Shown one piece after another: positions 39,659-52,557 of a DNA stretch of 64,000 bases. The first letter of the stretch is position 1. Each line of letters starts with the position of its first letter. This DNA comes from Protoeuglena noctilucae. Its lineage: Eukaryota. A model generated the notes under the pieces. The model was not told the DNA's origin, made no database searches, and saw nothing but the letters and a program-made list of their open reading frames with translations. The stretch is taken from the NCBI GenBank assembly GCA_958009085.1, contig OY253680.1, positions 372,001 to 436,000 on the forward strand, given 5' to 3'. A program made the translations under genes and the position numbers.

Positions 39659-42600
39659 ATGTCCGGTGCGCCAAGGCACGAGGGAAAGCGCTTCCAGCGA
39701 GTTGTGGCGATTGGAATCTTGTGCACACTCGCCGGTCTGCATGCGCTTCTAAGAAGAGGGATGACGCATGCGGCACACGCCGAGCCGCTGCTTAGAGCAT
39801 CCTCTCCGATACCTGGGGACGAGGGCGCCATTTACTTGTCCCATTGCAATTTTTCTGGTAGGTCATGCCCGGGTGGACTGCACGTTTCGAGCCCGCGATG
39901 TGCGCGGCGCATTGGCTGCGGTCGTTTACGTCCATCGTCGTCATGGCATCGAGGAGCGTGGCAAGGCTCGTTTTCGGGTAGCATGGCGCGCGACGTCCCG
40001 AGGTCTTCGCGGGTATCCTCGCGGGGAACGTGATCAATACCACAATATGCTTGTGGGACTCCCTGCGGCCCCGGAGGCCGCGGTCCGTGCAGTTTACAAG
40101 GACGCGCAAGGGCAGCCGGATGCGCAGCCCCTGCGCTGGACGGGCCGTGATGGGTCGCGGAAGCAGCTCATCTTCCAGGAGCAGGGCCTGGCCGATGGCC
40201 CGAGCTCTCCGGGAGCTCCAACAGGTGCGTTTGACCAGGCGCGCGATAACCCTGCGCTCTGTCGCCGGCATCCCATCGTAGCTCTCGGACCTTCCGTCTC
40301 GTCGCATACAGGACGCACGGGGCGCGCCGGGTTGCCCGCCATCCAGACCCGCATCGGCGACCACGACACCAAGTCACCACAGTCCCGAGGTGCGGAGGGC
40401 TGCAGTGGCACTCCGGGCGAGCTCAGACGCCGCCAAGCCGTGATTGACACGCTTTGGGGGGTGTCAATGCCGAGACGAGCTGCTGAGCGCTGGGTCGCCC
40501 GCAGCACCAGTCAAGCCGAGTCACAGCGCGCGGCCCCCTACGCTTCTGGAGGTCGAGTACGCCCAAGAGGCCCAGGAGGCATCCAGAGCGAAGCGGAACA
40601 GCGAAGCAGTGTCAGGCTTTGTCGCACCTGGGCCGGAGGAGTGCGCCCAGCGGCCCCGTAGCGATGCTGCGCCGGCCCTCCCCACCACTGCCACGCCGTC
40701 GTCCCTGGCGGGGGGACCCCGCGGCGCTGCCGTCCCCGCCGTAGGATGCTTCGGGTGGTGCTGGCCGCGGTTCAGGCGACGCGCGGGGGAGAGAGACCCT
40801 CCGCCCCGAGGCCCGATGCAGCCCCAGAGGCAGCAGGAGCCCGGCACATTGCCCGAGGTTGCCCCTCTCGTGAGTCGCACAACGCCGTCGTGCTGCTCAA
40901 CGCATTCCTTGCCGCTGACGAGGCTGGGGAGCTGCGTTAGGGAGCGCCTCCCACCCTCGCCTGCCCCGCTTGCAGGAGACCCCGCGACACGCCCCACGGC
41001 TCCCACAGCAGGGCGTTGAGGACGCCGTGCCAACAGCTGTAGTCCAGGCGCAGCAGGGTGCCGACGGGGGCTCACCTCGCAGTACCAGCTCCCCGGGCCG
41101 CTCCCCGGGCGTCCATGCGCGCCCTCAAGTCCAGCTGGGAGGCGTCACGGGACCCGCAGTGGCGGCAACGCTGTGCCCGCCGACGCAGGCTTCCAAGGCG
41201 GCGGCTGAGGATCGGATCAAGCACTCCGATGCCTTGTGCACGGCGGACCATTCGGGGGAGGACGAGGTGGCGCGGGCTGCGGCAGGGGACGTGAGGTCTT
41301 CGGAGGGGACCACGAGTGAAGGGGACTCACAGGACAAGGCCCACAGCAGCTGTGGGGCCCCCACCCAGGCTCCGCCAGATGGGACCCAAGAGGGAGGGGC
41401 TGGGGTAGCCGTGATGGAGGAGAGGGCAGCCGGTCCAGCCGGCGCGGCGCCCACGGGCCGCGAAGGCACTTCCACTGCCCTGGCGCGTGCCTCTGCGACA
41501 GGTGAGCAGTCTTGTGTGCTAAGGCCAGCTGATGACCGATGCATGGGCCACCAGCAGCTGGAGCATGCGGGGACAGGGATCATTGAGGTAGATGTTCTCC
41601 GTTTCGCGTTGTGTCTGCAGGAACCTCCAGCGCTCGCCTCCAGCCGACTGTGAGCGTCCCAGAGGAGCTCTTTGAAATCCCCGAAACGCGTGCGGTGGGG
41701 AACGGCGCGGGCATCGCGTCCATGCACTCCGTGGCAGCAGCCCACGCCAGGCGGCGCTCCAACATTTCCGATGGCCGCCAGGGCAGCGTGGACGGGTCGG
41801 GGTCACATGCAGGCGGGTCCGACGCGCTCGTCTCAGGGGGCCAGCGAAGGAGCGGGCGGACGGACGGGGCGTCGGAAGACGAGGACGCCCGGGCTCCCTG
41901 CGGCTTGTCGGGGCGCATGGAGAGCGCGCGGCGGCGGTCGATCGAGTCAATTCGGAGGTCTATGGAGGAGAGGCGCCGCAGGTGAGGGGCGCGGTTGCCT
42001 TGGGGGCGTGGGGACGCTCGAAACTATGGTTTCTTGGGGCACGCTAGAGATGTATGTCTCGCTTTGTGCTGAGGTGGAGTCCCTGGCCCTTGATCCACAG
42101 TCTCAGCCACCGCCAACCGTCATTGCACGGGTCAGCGTGCGGCTGCGGAGCGGGCGCCCCTACGCATTCGTTCAATGCGCTGGACGCCAACGTGGATATG
42201 GCCCCGCGGGTTTGGGTGGCAGGCGTGGTGTCGCGGACGGGCTCCTCGGCTGCTGCACACCGTGCGGAGGTGGTGGATCTCGCGCAGTTCACGGACGCAG
42301 CCACTGTGGCCACGCGGGGGACCTCCACGCACCACGAGGATCCGGACGTGGACGCAGCTTTTCAGGTGAGCGCTGATGCATCCTGGGTCTGCCTTTGCGC
42401 ACAGGAGCTGTTCGTGGGTTCCAGAGGGTCACGTCACCATGGCCATTCGTCCCCGACGCAGGCGGAGGACCGAAGCTGGGCAGCGGCGTCTGTGCTGGGT
42501 ACTCCGCCCAGGACCCCCCCGCCCCCAGTCGAAGGGACCAGCTGTGCACATGGCCCGCCTGACGCGCTGGCCTCGACTTCCAGTCGTCGACGAACGTCCC

Positions 42601-43733
42601 GCCAAGTCGCGACCCTCACGTCCAGCCTGGCTCGCCTGTCGTCGACAACGGGCGTTGGCGCCGCCGCTGGCCGCGACGTGGCCACGCTGGCCGAGGTCGG
42701 CGCTGGAGGCAGGGTGCGCGCCTCACCTTCCGTTGCCCCCCAGCACCGTCGCCGGGCACCGCGGGGAGGCTCGTACGCAGCGAGCGTCCTCGCATCTGAT
42801 GCCGCCAGCGTTCTGACACGGGCTGGCACATGCGGGGAGGCCAGCAGCTGTCGTGTGAGCGACGACGAAGAGTATGCGCGTGCTCTCCAGGAAGCCTTTG
42901 ATCGGCAGGAGCTGGAAGAGCGGCAGGCGTTGGGGGGGACGACAATGGAGACTCACAGGGAAGGAGGTGGCGCCGACTCTGCTGCTCTGCCGCCGCCAAT
43001 CGACGTGCTGGATGTCTTGGCAGCATCCGTGTATAGAGACGGTCTATTCTACGTCGTGCAAGAGGGGGCCGTGAGGGTTGGAGGAGCGCTGGTGCCGCCC
43101 GGAGGCCGTGCCGCCGCTCCCGTTGCACCCCCTGACACCAGTGACGTCGATCGGGATTTCTTGATGGCGTTGGAGCTCGATCGACTGTGGAACGGTTCCC
43201 CTGCACAGATGCGTGGGGAAGGTGCACGGGGAACAGTGAGTGCCACAGCTGCAGACGAGGCCCAGGGAGAGGCGCGCTTCGTGGCATACGCAGTCCCCCC
43301 GGCCCCCGCCCCTGCGATGGCCTGGGGTGGGCCTAGCCAGAATGACGATGCGAGGGCACGTGACCGCCGAACCACCGGAACAGGCGTCGACAACGTGCGC
43401 GACGGTGATTTACGAAGGAGCTCGCCTTCGACCGGCGGAGAGGCATCCACGCCGCGGCCGAGACCCCTGCCACGTTTAGAGCCCCTCGGCGCCCAGCGGC
43501 GGCCATCTCCACTGTCATTCCCGATCTCGGGTTCCCCGTCCTCGCGTGCTTTGCCTGTTGGCGCGGGAATTCGCACGGCCATGACTCGGCACGACGTGGA
43601 GCTCCCGCCCTGGCCGCTTGCACCGGCGCGGCTGACCGGGCGAGGGCGACGTCTGCGCAGCGTGACTCTTCTCCTCCGTCCCGGGCTGCGTCGCGTCCTC
43701 TCCCGATGCGCGGTACGACATCCCAAGCACTGA
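39659..43733 (+). CDS. Large low-complexity hypothetical protein with two ubiquitin-binding-like helices (gene model uncertain)
   Basis: Chain of + strand ORFs with splice-like junctions. DDEEYARALQEAFD and DVDRDFLMALELD motifs in the 42054-43733 ORF. Confidence 0.4.
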
Positions 43734-44484
43734 TGCGTGCTTCCCCGCCGGGGCAGGACGCAACCGAGTTGCGGGCAGAGTCCACGGAGCGCAACGAGAG
43801 GAGGTGCTTCGCTGCAAGCCGATGAGCTTCCTGATAAGCTTTGCACGCTGCGCAGTGCCGCCGCATGATTCGACCTTTCTAAGCTGCACGCAGGCCACGT
43901 CTTGCGCTTCCAAAGGACATCAAGGGGCTGGAGCGACCCCTGGCCCGGAAGTTGCGGTACATGGTGCGGTCATTCGTTCCGCCGAAGGTCAAACCTGGGG
44001 AGGACCCAGTACCATGCCTGGTTTGCCAAGACGACCTCGAGGTGTGGCGAAGGTCCCTGCCAATGCTTAGGTGACCGCTTTGTGGCCGCAGACAGGTCAC
44101 TGGGAGTAACTGCGCTCATCCGTGATGCTTGCAGAGGGATCAGCTCGTCGTGACCCTTCCGTGCTTCCATCAATATCACTGGGAGTGCCTTTGTGACTTC
44201 CTCAGCATGCACCAAGGGGCTAAGAAATGTCTCCATGACAACATACTTCTCGAAACTCTTCTGAGGGATCTATAGACGTACTTCAGACTGTCCAATGTTT
44301 GTTTCAATAGGTCTCTGAGCATCATCTCGGGGGGACTTTTTAGTTGCTTCAGCCTAGGTGCCCTTGTCGGGCCGTCACACGTCGTTCAAGACGTAAATGC
44401 CTTCAGAAGCAGAGAAATGTGTGACCCAAACTGCCCGCACGTCCGGTCCCTGCACGGGGGAGCCACCGCAGGACGTGCACGGCC

Positions 44485-47400
44485 TCATGTCCGCTTCCCC
44501 TTGACTGATGCACCTCTCATTGCCGCGCGAACAGACGTCGTTGATGGCGAAGAAGGGGCCACACGCACTGGCCCGGGTCCAGAGCCTGGCATGACCCGCA
44601 ACGACTGAGTGTCGGGGCTGTACGCTCCCTTGGAGTGGACAGACGTAGCTGGTGCTCCGCCAGGAAAAATTCCGTGTGCGGGAAGCAGTTCCGGCATCCT
44701 CCCTGCATGCCCCGTGTTGGGCCGGAAGGGGCTTGCTGGTCTGCACTCAGGGAACTCAGTAGTAGCTGTGTTGGGAAGCTCAACAAAGCCCCATGCAGCG
44801 CAGGGTGCTCCAAGCGCGTCGTACCTGGCTGGCCTCCCGAAATCTTGCTCGTCGCCTCGCCTGCCTGCCACGGGGTCACGCCGCGAAAGAGCCTGAAACA
44901 AGTCCGCTGTGACGGCGGCTTTCAGGCGCGCCGCATACTCGGCAACGTCAAGGAGGGCGGCCACCTCGATATGCTCTTCGGCAACGGGCGCAGGCTCTCG
45001 AGACGCGGAACTAAGATGCGTGAGCGGCATGGCCTTCGGCGCAGACGGCGGGGTGCTCATGAGGCTATGGCCAACAGGGAGCACAGGAGTACTGTCCATC
45101 GTCTGCACGGCAGAGGGGGACATCAGCACAGCAGAGGCAAGAGCCGCATCTGCAAAGGAGGGTTCCGCGGTTTGGGGCGGATGGCCAAACGTCAAGGGCG
45201 TGCGGTCTTGGACCTCAGCGTCCGGTGAGGAGGCTCCTTCATCTGCAAGGTCGGCGTCAGCCACTGCCAGTGGAGACCTCGCGGGGCTGGGTACGGAGAT
45301 AGCGATAGCATGCTGCGACGAGGAGCGACGCGTCCCTCCCTCCGAGCTCCGCCCTGTGTGCCCACGGTCTCTCCTTGCAAGACGCTCGACACGATCTGTG
45401 AAGGGTGTGGGCCCCCCCACCGGAATCGCCTCCGCGTCAACAGTCTCCAGTGCGTGCTGAATCCGTGCTGTGGCGGAGAGACCTGGCGGGGTCAGTCGCC
45501 GCCGCGCAGAAGTAGGCCGGCTGTCTGGAGACCCAGGGACCGCACGGCTTCGGCGAGTCACTTCGTCGAAGATCAGGGGCGTTGCCACAGGGGAAGTACG
45601 GCCCACGCGCCAACCCGTCATCCCCATCTGCAGGTGCAACGTTGCGGGCGGTAAGGAAAGCCCGGCCGCACCAAACAGTGCACACATTAGGACCACCACA
45701 GGCCCCGCGGTCCCACCTCGTTATCGTCAATCTGGCGGAAGGTGGCGACGGAGCTTGCGGCTCCAGGCAAGTCCACTCGAACGGAGATGGTGGGGGCGTT
45801 CAGAATCTCGGTCGCTAGCACGCCAGACGCCTGACCCGCATCGATGCTGACGGTGTTGCCACTTCGCGCCCCACTTGCAGTCAGAGGGGCGTCCCGCATA
45901 GGTGCCCTCTCCCCAGTGCTTTGCACCGCCGACGTGACCACAGAGCCACGCGCATGTACACCGAGGGCTTGAGTGAGCCCACCACGGGCGTCGACCTCAT
46001 CCAAGTCGCTGATGCCAATGTCGTCGATGTCCTCGGCGAGCAGATCGTCGAGCTCGTCTCTGTAAGCCGACGCATTCTCCTCGGGAACCGCTGGTAGTGG
46101 CGCTTCGGAAATCCCAGCTGGCTGCTCATCTTGAGACTCGGCACGGCGCGCAGACATGTTTGACAGCCCCGATGCCTTTGACGGCACAACTCCCGCTTCC
46201 GTGTATGCATGCTGCTCTTCGGAAGCCGCAGGAACCCGAGCTGGTGACGACGGTGCCGTCTCCCCACCAAGATCTGACTGCCTGTGTCGACACAAAAGAC
46301 ACCAATACAGATCAGCATGACACAATTCGGCTCTGCTGCACTGCACTGCATTCGGGACGACCTCACCTGCGGCCGTCGGTGTCTTACTCCCCACCAAAGT
46401 CTCCATGCAACATCTGCGGGACACGGGCCTGCACGCCTGGCCGGGTTTTGGATGCCCCGCTGTGCGGCCGCCTGGATGAGGCAGCACTGCCTGGGCGGGC
46501 CTGCCGTGTGCCTCTCGGACCTGCAAGCGAGCCATGCAGAGCTCTTTTAAGCAGCAGTTTTGGTAGGAAGTCCTGACAGGTGAAACAGCCAAGCCAGGGC
46601 GGGCTTACTTTGGTCAACCGGCGGAGCTGACAGCGGCAGTGCGCCATCCGGTTGTGCCGATGGTGAAGCCAAAGGCTGCATGCCAAGGGAAGCTTCAGGA
46701 GGGAAGGCGCCAGGCCGGTCCGTCGCATGGGATTGGGAGTGCTTGCCACGCTGGTAGCCATCTGCAGCAAGCAGATAGCCCCCGAGACTGCTGCGAGCTG
46801 CGTTTGCGGACGCTGGACGCTGCCTACGCGCAAAGGAGCCCGAGGCCGATGCAGGGCGCGAGCTGTCCCATGCGGTCAGGTTGCCATCGTCAAAAACAGC
46901 CCCGGGAGGCGAAGCGTGCACAAGGGAGGGACGCAGGCGCGCAGCACGTGGCGACAAAGGGCCTGAGGCGTCTGTCCTCAGCGTGGGAGCATGGGTCGCT
47001 GACTGAGGCCGCACGCGCCGAGCAAGGACCTCGGGAGTGATCGCTGGGACACGCACGCCAGGATCCAGCACGTGACGCGGATGAAGCCCGAAGTCAAGAC
47101 TAAGCGGAGACTCCTCTGCTCGGGAGTAGCCCCATGCCTGCGGAGCTGGCCTTGCTGTTGCTGACGCATCTTGCCTCCAACCCAGTTTTGTGCCGTCCTG
47201 TAGCCTTGCGCCTTTGTTGTCCCATACCTCGACAGCATCTGAATCCAGGTCGAGGTGCAGAGCTTCGACCTTGGAAGCACCCAGCATCAACCTCGGGGGC
47301 GGGCGATTCTTGCCCCGTTGGCCCGCCAGCCGCGGGACTGGGCGACCGAGTCTGGTGATTGGCGGCTTGGCAACTTGGTAGAACGTGGCCTGCGCTTCCG

Positions 47401-50400
47401 CGCGCGCCTCGGCACGAGAAGGGCGAGCCGCAGGTAGGGCCGACACGGGCCGCAAAAGCGCAGTTCCAGCGGCGCCTGTCGGGAGAGACATCGACCCTCG
47501 AAGCCCCGTAAGCATGCCCGTAACGTTAAGGTAGTCCATGGCCGTCTCATCATCCATGAACGAGAGGGAGCCCAAAGTCCCTGCCTGCAGGTCAACACGA
47601 TGCCGACGTGGCTCAGTCAACGACCGGGATTACATGATCCTTTGCGGCCATCCTGACGCATCTCGACTCACTTTGGCCATGTGAACGAGCATTGCCCGTA
47701 TTTGTCGCGAATGGACCGTGGTGGCGTCGGAAACGGCTGGGCCAGTGTAGTTCCAATTCACGTAAGGAGAGGGACCACGCCGCTCCGTCACGAATGTGAT
47801 GGCGCCTCCCTGCGCGACACGAAGCAGAAAAGTTGTGCCCCATCCGCAAAACGCCTGCTAAAACGCGCCAGAGCAACTCTCACGTCTGTGAACTTGATGC
47901 CACGCATCCGACCAACAACCTCGTCCTGGGCAGCATCGATCGTAGCCTGCCGGAAAAGGCTCAAGCGTGCCGCAGCTTCCGCGGACATACGCGGGGCTGG
48001 CACGGGAGGAGACGGCAGTTCTGCTGCCGCCTGAACCGGGGACCCACCCACACCCGTAGCTGCCTCCTCTGCTGCCTTCTGTCGAGCCGCCACGGCGCGC
48101 TGCAGAAACAAGCACGGGTTTGCACTTGCAACGCCGGGGACGCGCCACGCCGCAGTTGGGTTGTGGCATCCCTCCGCTGCATTCCAACTTACCTCCCGCG
48201 CCTTCCTCTCCTCCTCCTCTCGTGCATGCTCCTCTGCCTGCCGACGTCTCTCATCCTCCAGCTCGCGCCGGTACTCATCACGCAAACGCAGATACCGTAC
48301 ACGGCAGAAAAAGCGGCGCCAGTATTTCTGCGGCCGTCGAACGATGTCTGGCGTCGCTGGCATGACACATGGCCACAGCCACCCGCCCGGCACTCATGCT
48401 CACCTGAATGACGAGGGTGGCAGCCTCCCGACGGGCACGGAGCCTCTCCATATGGACAAGAGCGGAGATACGCCACTCTCTCTCAGTCTCCTCCAGCGAG
48501 AGACCATCTTCGCTCCCAAACGAGTCCCCTCGCTTCAGCGCCCCGGTGCCCATGTGCTGCGGATGAAAGCACCCTTCTTTGCAAACCCCATGAAGACGTC
48601 GTAGGATCCCGCATGCAAAGATCGCTCCCGCACCTCGAAGCGCTGCATGCGCCGCTGGACGGCCAGAACCCTCCGCTTGGTCTCGCGTTGCGCCTTCCAT
48701 CTCGCATTCACGAGCACGTTGTCCCTCATTGCCGGGTGGTTCTCGATGGCCACCAAGTCCGCTCGTCGCTCGAACCGCATGATGCGTTCCTTCCGCTGCT
48801 CGCTCGATTCCTTGAGGCTCTCCACACGCTCCAACAGAGCCCCCCGCTCCGCCTGCTCTCTGGCCCGCCGCCGCCGTGCCCTCGCCCGTGCCTCTGCGTT
48901 GGGCCCCGTTTCCTCTAACGCCCCACTGTCCACGCTCGCCGTGCCACTTTCAGCAGCTGACAGCACGCCGGTCGAAGGCCTTGCCGCAGAGACCAACCCC
49001 CATCGCCTCGGGTCCGCCGCTGGGGGCCCAACTGCCGCCGATTCTGGGCCAGGTTGCGGTGCAGGGGTGTCCTGGCCTGGGTCAGGCACGGTTTGTTGAG
49101 CAGCAGCGTGCCAGCTGACCATGAAGTGAGGGCCTCGGCCACCTTCGGCACTTCTCGCGCGAGCACTGGGGCCCCGCGCAACTCCGCGACCACCGAACCC
49201 TGCAGGAAAGCGTGTCTGTGCCTGGCCGTGGAAGCCCGCCGGCTGTGAAGGTCCGACAAAGCTCGCTCCGGTCGATTGCGGGCCGTCCTGGGATGGGCCT
49301 CTGTCAGCCTCTATGGTGATGTTGCTGAGCGGCGGCGCCCCTGCCGCCCCCGAAGCCCGCCTCAGCGACGACTTGCGGTGTAGCCCTGCTTCCTCGGCCA
49401 GTGGCAGCGCCTCGGATTGGCGGCCCGAGGGCTGTTCCAACTCGTCCTCAGCAGGTACCTCAGTCGCCTGCAGGCCCGTCTCTGCTTCCCCGCCCATAGT
49501 ATCGTCGGCCCCTTCTCCGCGCACCCCGTCGCGCCCCGGGGGCGGCTCTGATGCCATCAACGAAGCCTGATGCCCGGGGCCCATTTCTTCTCCATCCAAA
49601 AGGGCCTCCCCCGCCGATGCACGCGCGTCCTCGTCCTTCCCCTGAACAAATGTGCGACAAGAGCGGACAAGCTTCGGTCCGCTCACGACATGCATCCCCC
49701 GTGCACCCGCTCTTAAGCCCCATTACCCCGTCACCTGAGCTGCAGCATCAGCAGGTGCCGGGGCTGGATGGTCGCGAGTCAGAGCTGCGAAACCCCCCGC
49801 TTGTGCCAACGCACTCCCTGCACGCAGAGGCGTCGTACGCTGAAACAACGCATGTCTCTGCGGCCATGGCACCTGCACTCCCATGCCCGTGTCTCGCCTT
49901 CCTCCCGCAGGTCCACCGAGTCCCGCATGGACCTGGACGGCATCCGCGTCTGGATCTCCCCCGCCTGAATGAGCACCAGCTGCGGTGCTTGCAAAGCCCC
50001 GAGCGCGGCAATCTCGGCCGCCGACGGCACCAAGCGCTCCGACTTTGGCACGTACGGGATGGGGGGGCGCTTCAACGATTCCGGAGCTGATAGCCTGCGG
50101 GCGAGACAGTGCGGTAGGGGACGTGCCAGTGCACGCAAGGGCCAGGTGTCTGCTGAACCGGTGCGAACAGCCATCGCACCCGTGTTGATCAACGGTGTAC
50201 AGCGTGCGGTGTGGCTGCGACGTCGGCGGTGGGGTCCGGCGCTTCCCTGAGCCTGGCCTCCCATGGCTCAGGGTCGCCGACTCGACGTGCAGTCCAAGGC
50301 TGCCGGCCCGGGCAAGCGTGGCGCCGCGCTCGGACTTCGCAGGGGGCAACGCCGGCGCAGCGGTTTGGGGGCGCGTCTGCGGCATCAAGGCGGCAAGGGC

Positions 50401-52273
50401 GTTAGTCCCAGATGGAAAGGGACCGGGAGCGTGTCGCCTTGCACCACCGTGGGCCCTCACCTGACCCCGCGGGGAACGGAGCGCGGGCTTGCCCGGCGAG
50501 GCCCTCGGCGACCGCTGCGCAGCGTCAGCCGTGGCGGGGCGGGCGGGTCCACCTGTAGCGGGCTCCTGCGCCCACGAAATACATTCCCTTGTCACGCATG
50601 GCAGCCTCGACAGCAAGAAGCATCGCGCAGCCGCGTAGCAGTGCAGGCTTTGCGCGTGTCCCTCTTGCCTTCCCGGGGGGGAACTGGTCGTACTTGGAGC
50701 CCCGTGGCCCGGGGAACTCGGACGACAAGTGGGTGCGGGGGCGAGGGGAGCGTGAGGCAGCAGGGAGAGGCGGATTGGACGCCAGAGTGGGGTAGGTTTG
50801 GGGAGGAAGTGACGACGGGGCCGTGAGGGAGTCCCTCTGCAGGGAGGAGGGGAACCAGCACCGCAGGTTCCCGAGGACTGTTTCGGGCAGGTGGAAGCGG
50901 GGCTGCAGCGCGGTAGAGCTCACTCCTGCTGCTGAGATGCAAGTCAGAGCACAGGGTGATCGGCAGGGGAAGGCACGCTCGCTCACCGGTTGACGGCCGT
51001 GGGGATCACGAGGTGCGACCGGTACAGGCTCATCCTCCCGCGGATGCTTCTCATGACCGTCTCCGTCACTGTCCTCAGCCGCCTGCACCGCCGACCGCGG
51101 ACGCGGCGCCCGCGCCCGCCGCGCGGGGGAGGCGCTCCGGCTCCGGCTGCGGCTCCGTGGCGCCCCAGTCTCGGCCCCGCCCGTCGCGGGCCCCGTCCCG
51201 TCCGCGAAGTCCGTCATCTCCATCAAGTCCACGGCTCGCTGTGGCCGTAGCCCGCGGTAACGTCCGTGGGGAGCCACGGGCACCCACGGGCGTGGCGTGC
51301 CACCCACGTCCGCACCCACGCGCAGGCTCATCGCCAGCGACGGGTCACAGTCCTGTGCAGCCTCAGGAGGAGGCACAGGGAACGACACGCCGTCGGGGGT
51401 GGCCGCAGGGGCCTGGGCTGCCTCAGGGGGGCCTTCCTCCAGCGTCCCTTCACCCTCCCTCGCCACCGCCTCTCCGGTGGCCTCGATGGCCCCGCCCTCG
51501 CCTCCTCCTTCGTCCTCAACCGGAGATGCAACTCGGGCCTCCACCATGGACGCGCCGGCCGATCCCATATCAAGCTTGGCCCCTTCCAACACTTGGTCGG
51601 ACGGCCCTCCAGCGACCCGGGGCTCCTCCTCCTCGTCCTCGGGGCCCAGCTGCATCCCCGTGCCCAGAAAGGCGCTCTCATCGGCGTCCACTGCGACTGC
51701 ACGGACACGACGAGCGCTGAAGCCAGCGGGCGGTGTCCTCCCGTGGCGGGACTGTGCATGCCTGCTCCGCACCTGCGGTGAGAATGTGGGCCCCACCCTT
51801 GGCCGACGAGGGACGGCGGGCGGAGGAAGGTCGTGATTTCGCGTGGGCGGAAGAAGCCCTCGCGCGGGCCGACTGGGGTCGCGCCCGGCCCTCGCCGGAG
51901 CTGCGAGACGTGCCGGGGCCCCGGCTCGCGGCAAGTGCCGCGGTGTGTGGCTGGTCCGCACTGTAGGGTGATGTCGTAGGGTCCTTCGCATGTTCCTGCA
52001 CGCTGCTCTCGGCCGGGGAGGGCCCCAAGCCTTCACGACCGTCGGTGCCACGAGAGTCTCGCGCCCTGGAACGCAAGGCGTGGTCTCGTTCGGCAATGAC
52101 CTTCCCCTATCAGTCACGCAATGGGACTCGGCAGGCTGACTGATGCAGATGCTGCGCCGAGCGCTCAAACATGTACAGACTTGGGCCCACGCGCCCAAAC
52201 ATGTGAACCACCGCGCTCACCGCGAAGTCGTCCTCGGGACGGGCACAAGGCCCAGATTCTCAATGTGCGGCAT
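44485..52273 (-). CDS. Very large disordered protein with IQ motif, coiled coil and many RPx[S/T] motifs (may be more than one gene; ends uncertain)
   Basis: Successive long minus-strand ORFs. The spliced IQ motif AATLVIQ-KYWRRFFCRVRY is followed by an E/R coiled coil. Candidate first exon MPHIENLGLV. Confidence 0.55.
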
Positions 52274-52557
52274 GCTTGACAGCTACATGGAAGCGACACG
52301 TCGCCAAAGGTTTAAATGCATGTCAAGCGAACGCTCCATGCAGTACTCCGCACATACTGCGCCGGCGTGGCGCTCGAGAAGCCCGGCAAGCAATGTAGCT
52401 TTCACTTTTCCCCTGGCTGCCGCAGAAAGGCTGAAAGCGGTTTATTCGACTTGCCAGAGCGCCGATGTCAGGGGCACTCTTCAAGACTACAATTCTTGAA
52501 GTTGAATCGTTTTCTGATGCAGCTCGAGAAGCTAAGGGCTCCATGCACCCTCGAAGC

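Noticed and set aside
44100..44420. Lower-GC patch as a possible foreign insert or mobile element
   Set aside because: No terminal repeats or transposase similarity are visible. It is compatible with a terminal exon or UTR.
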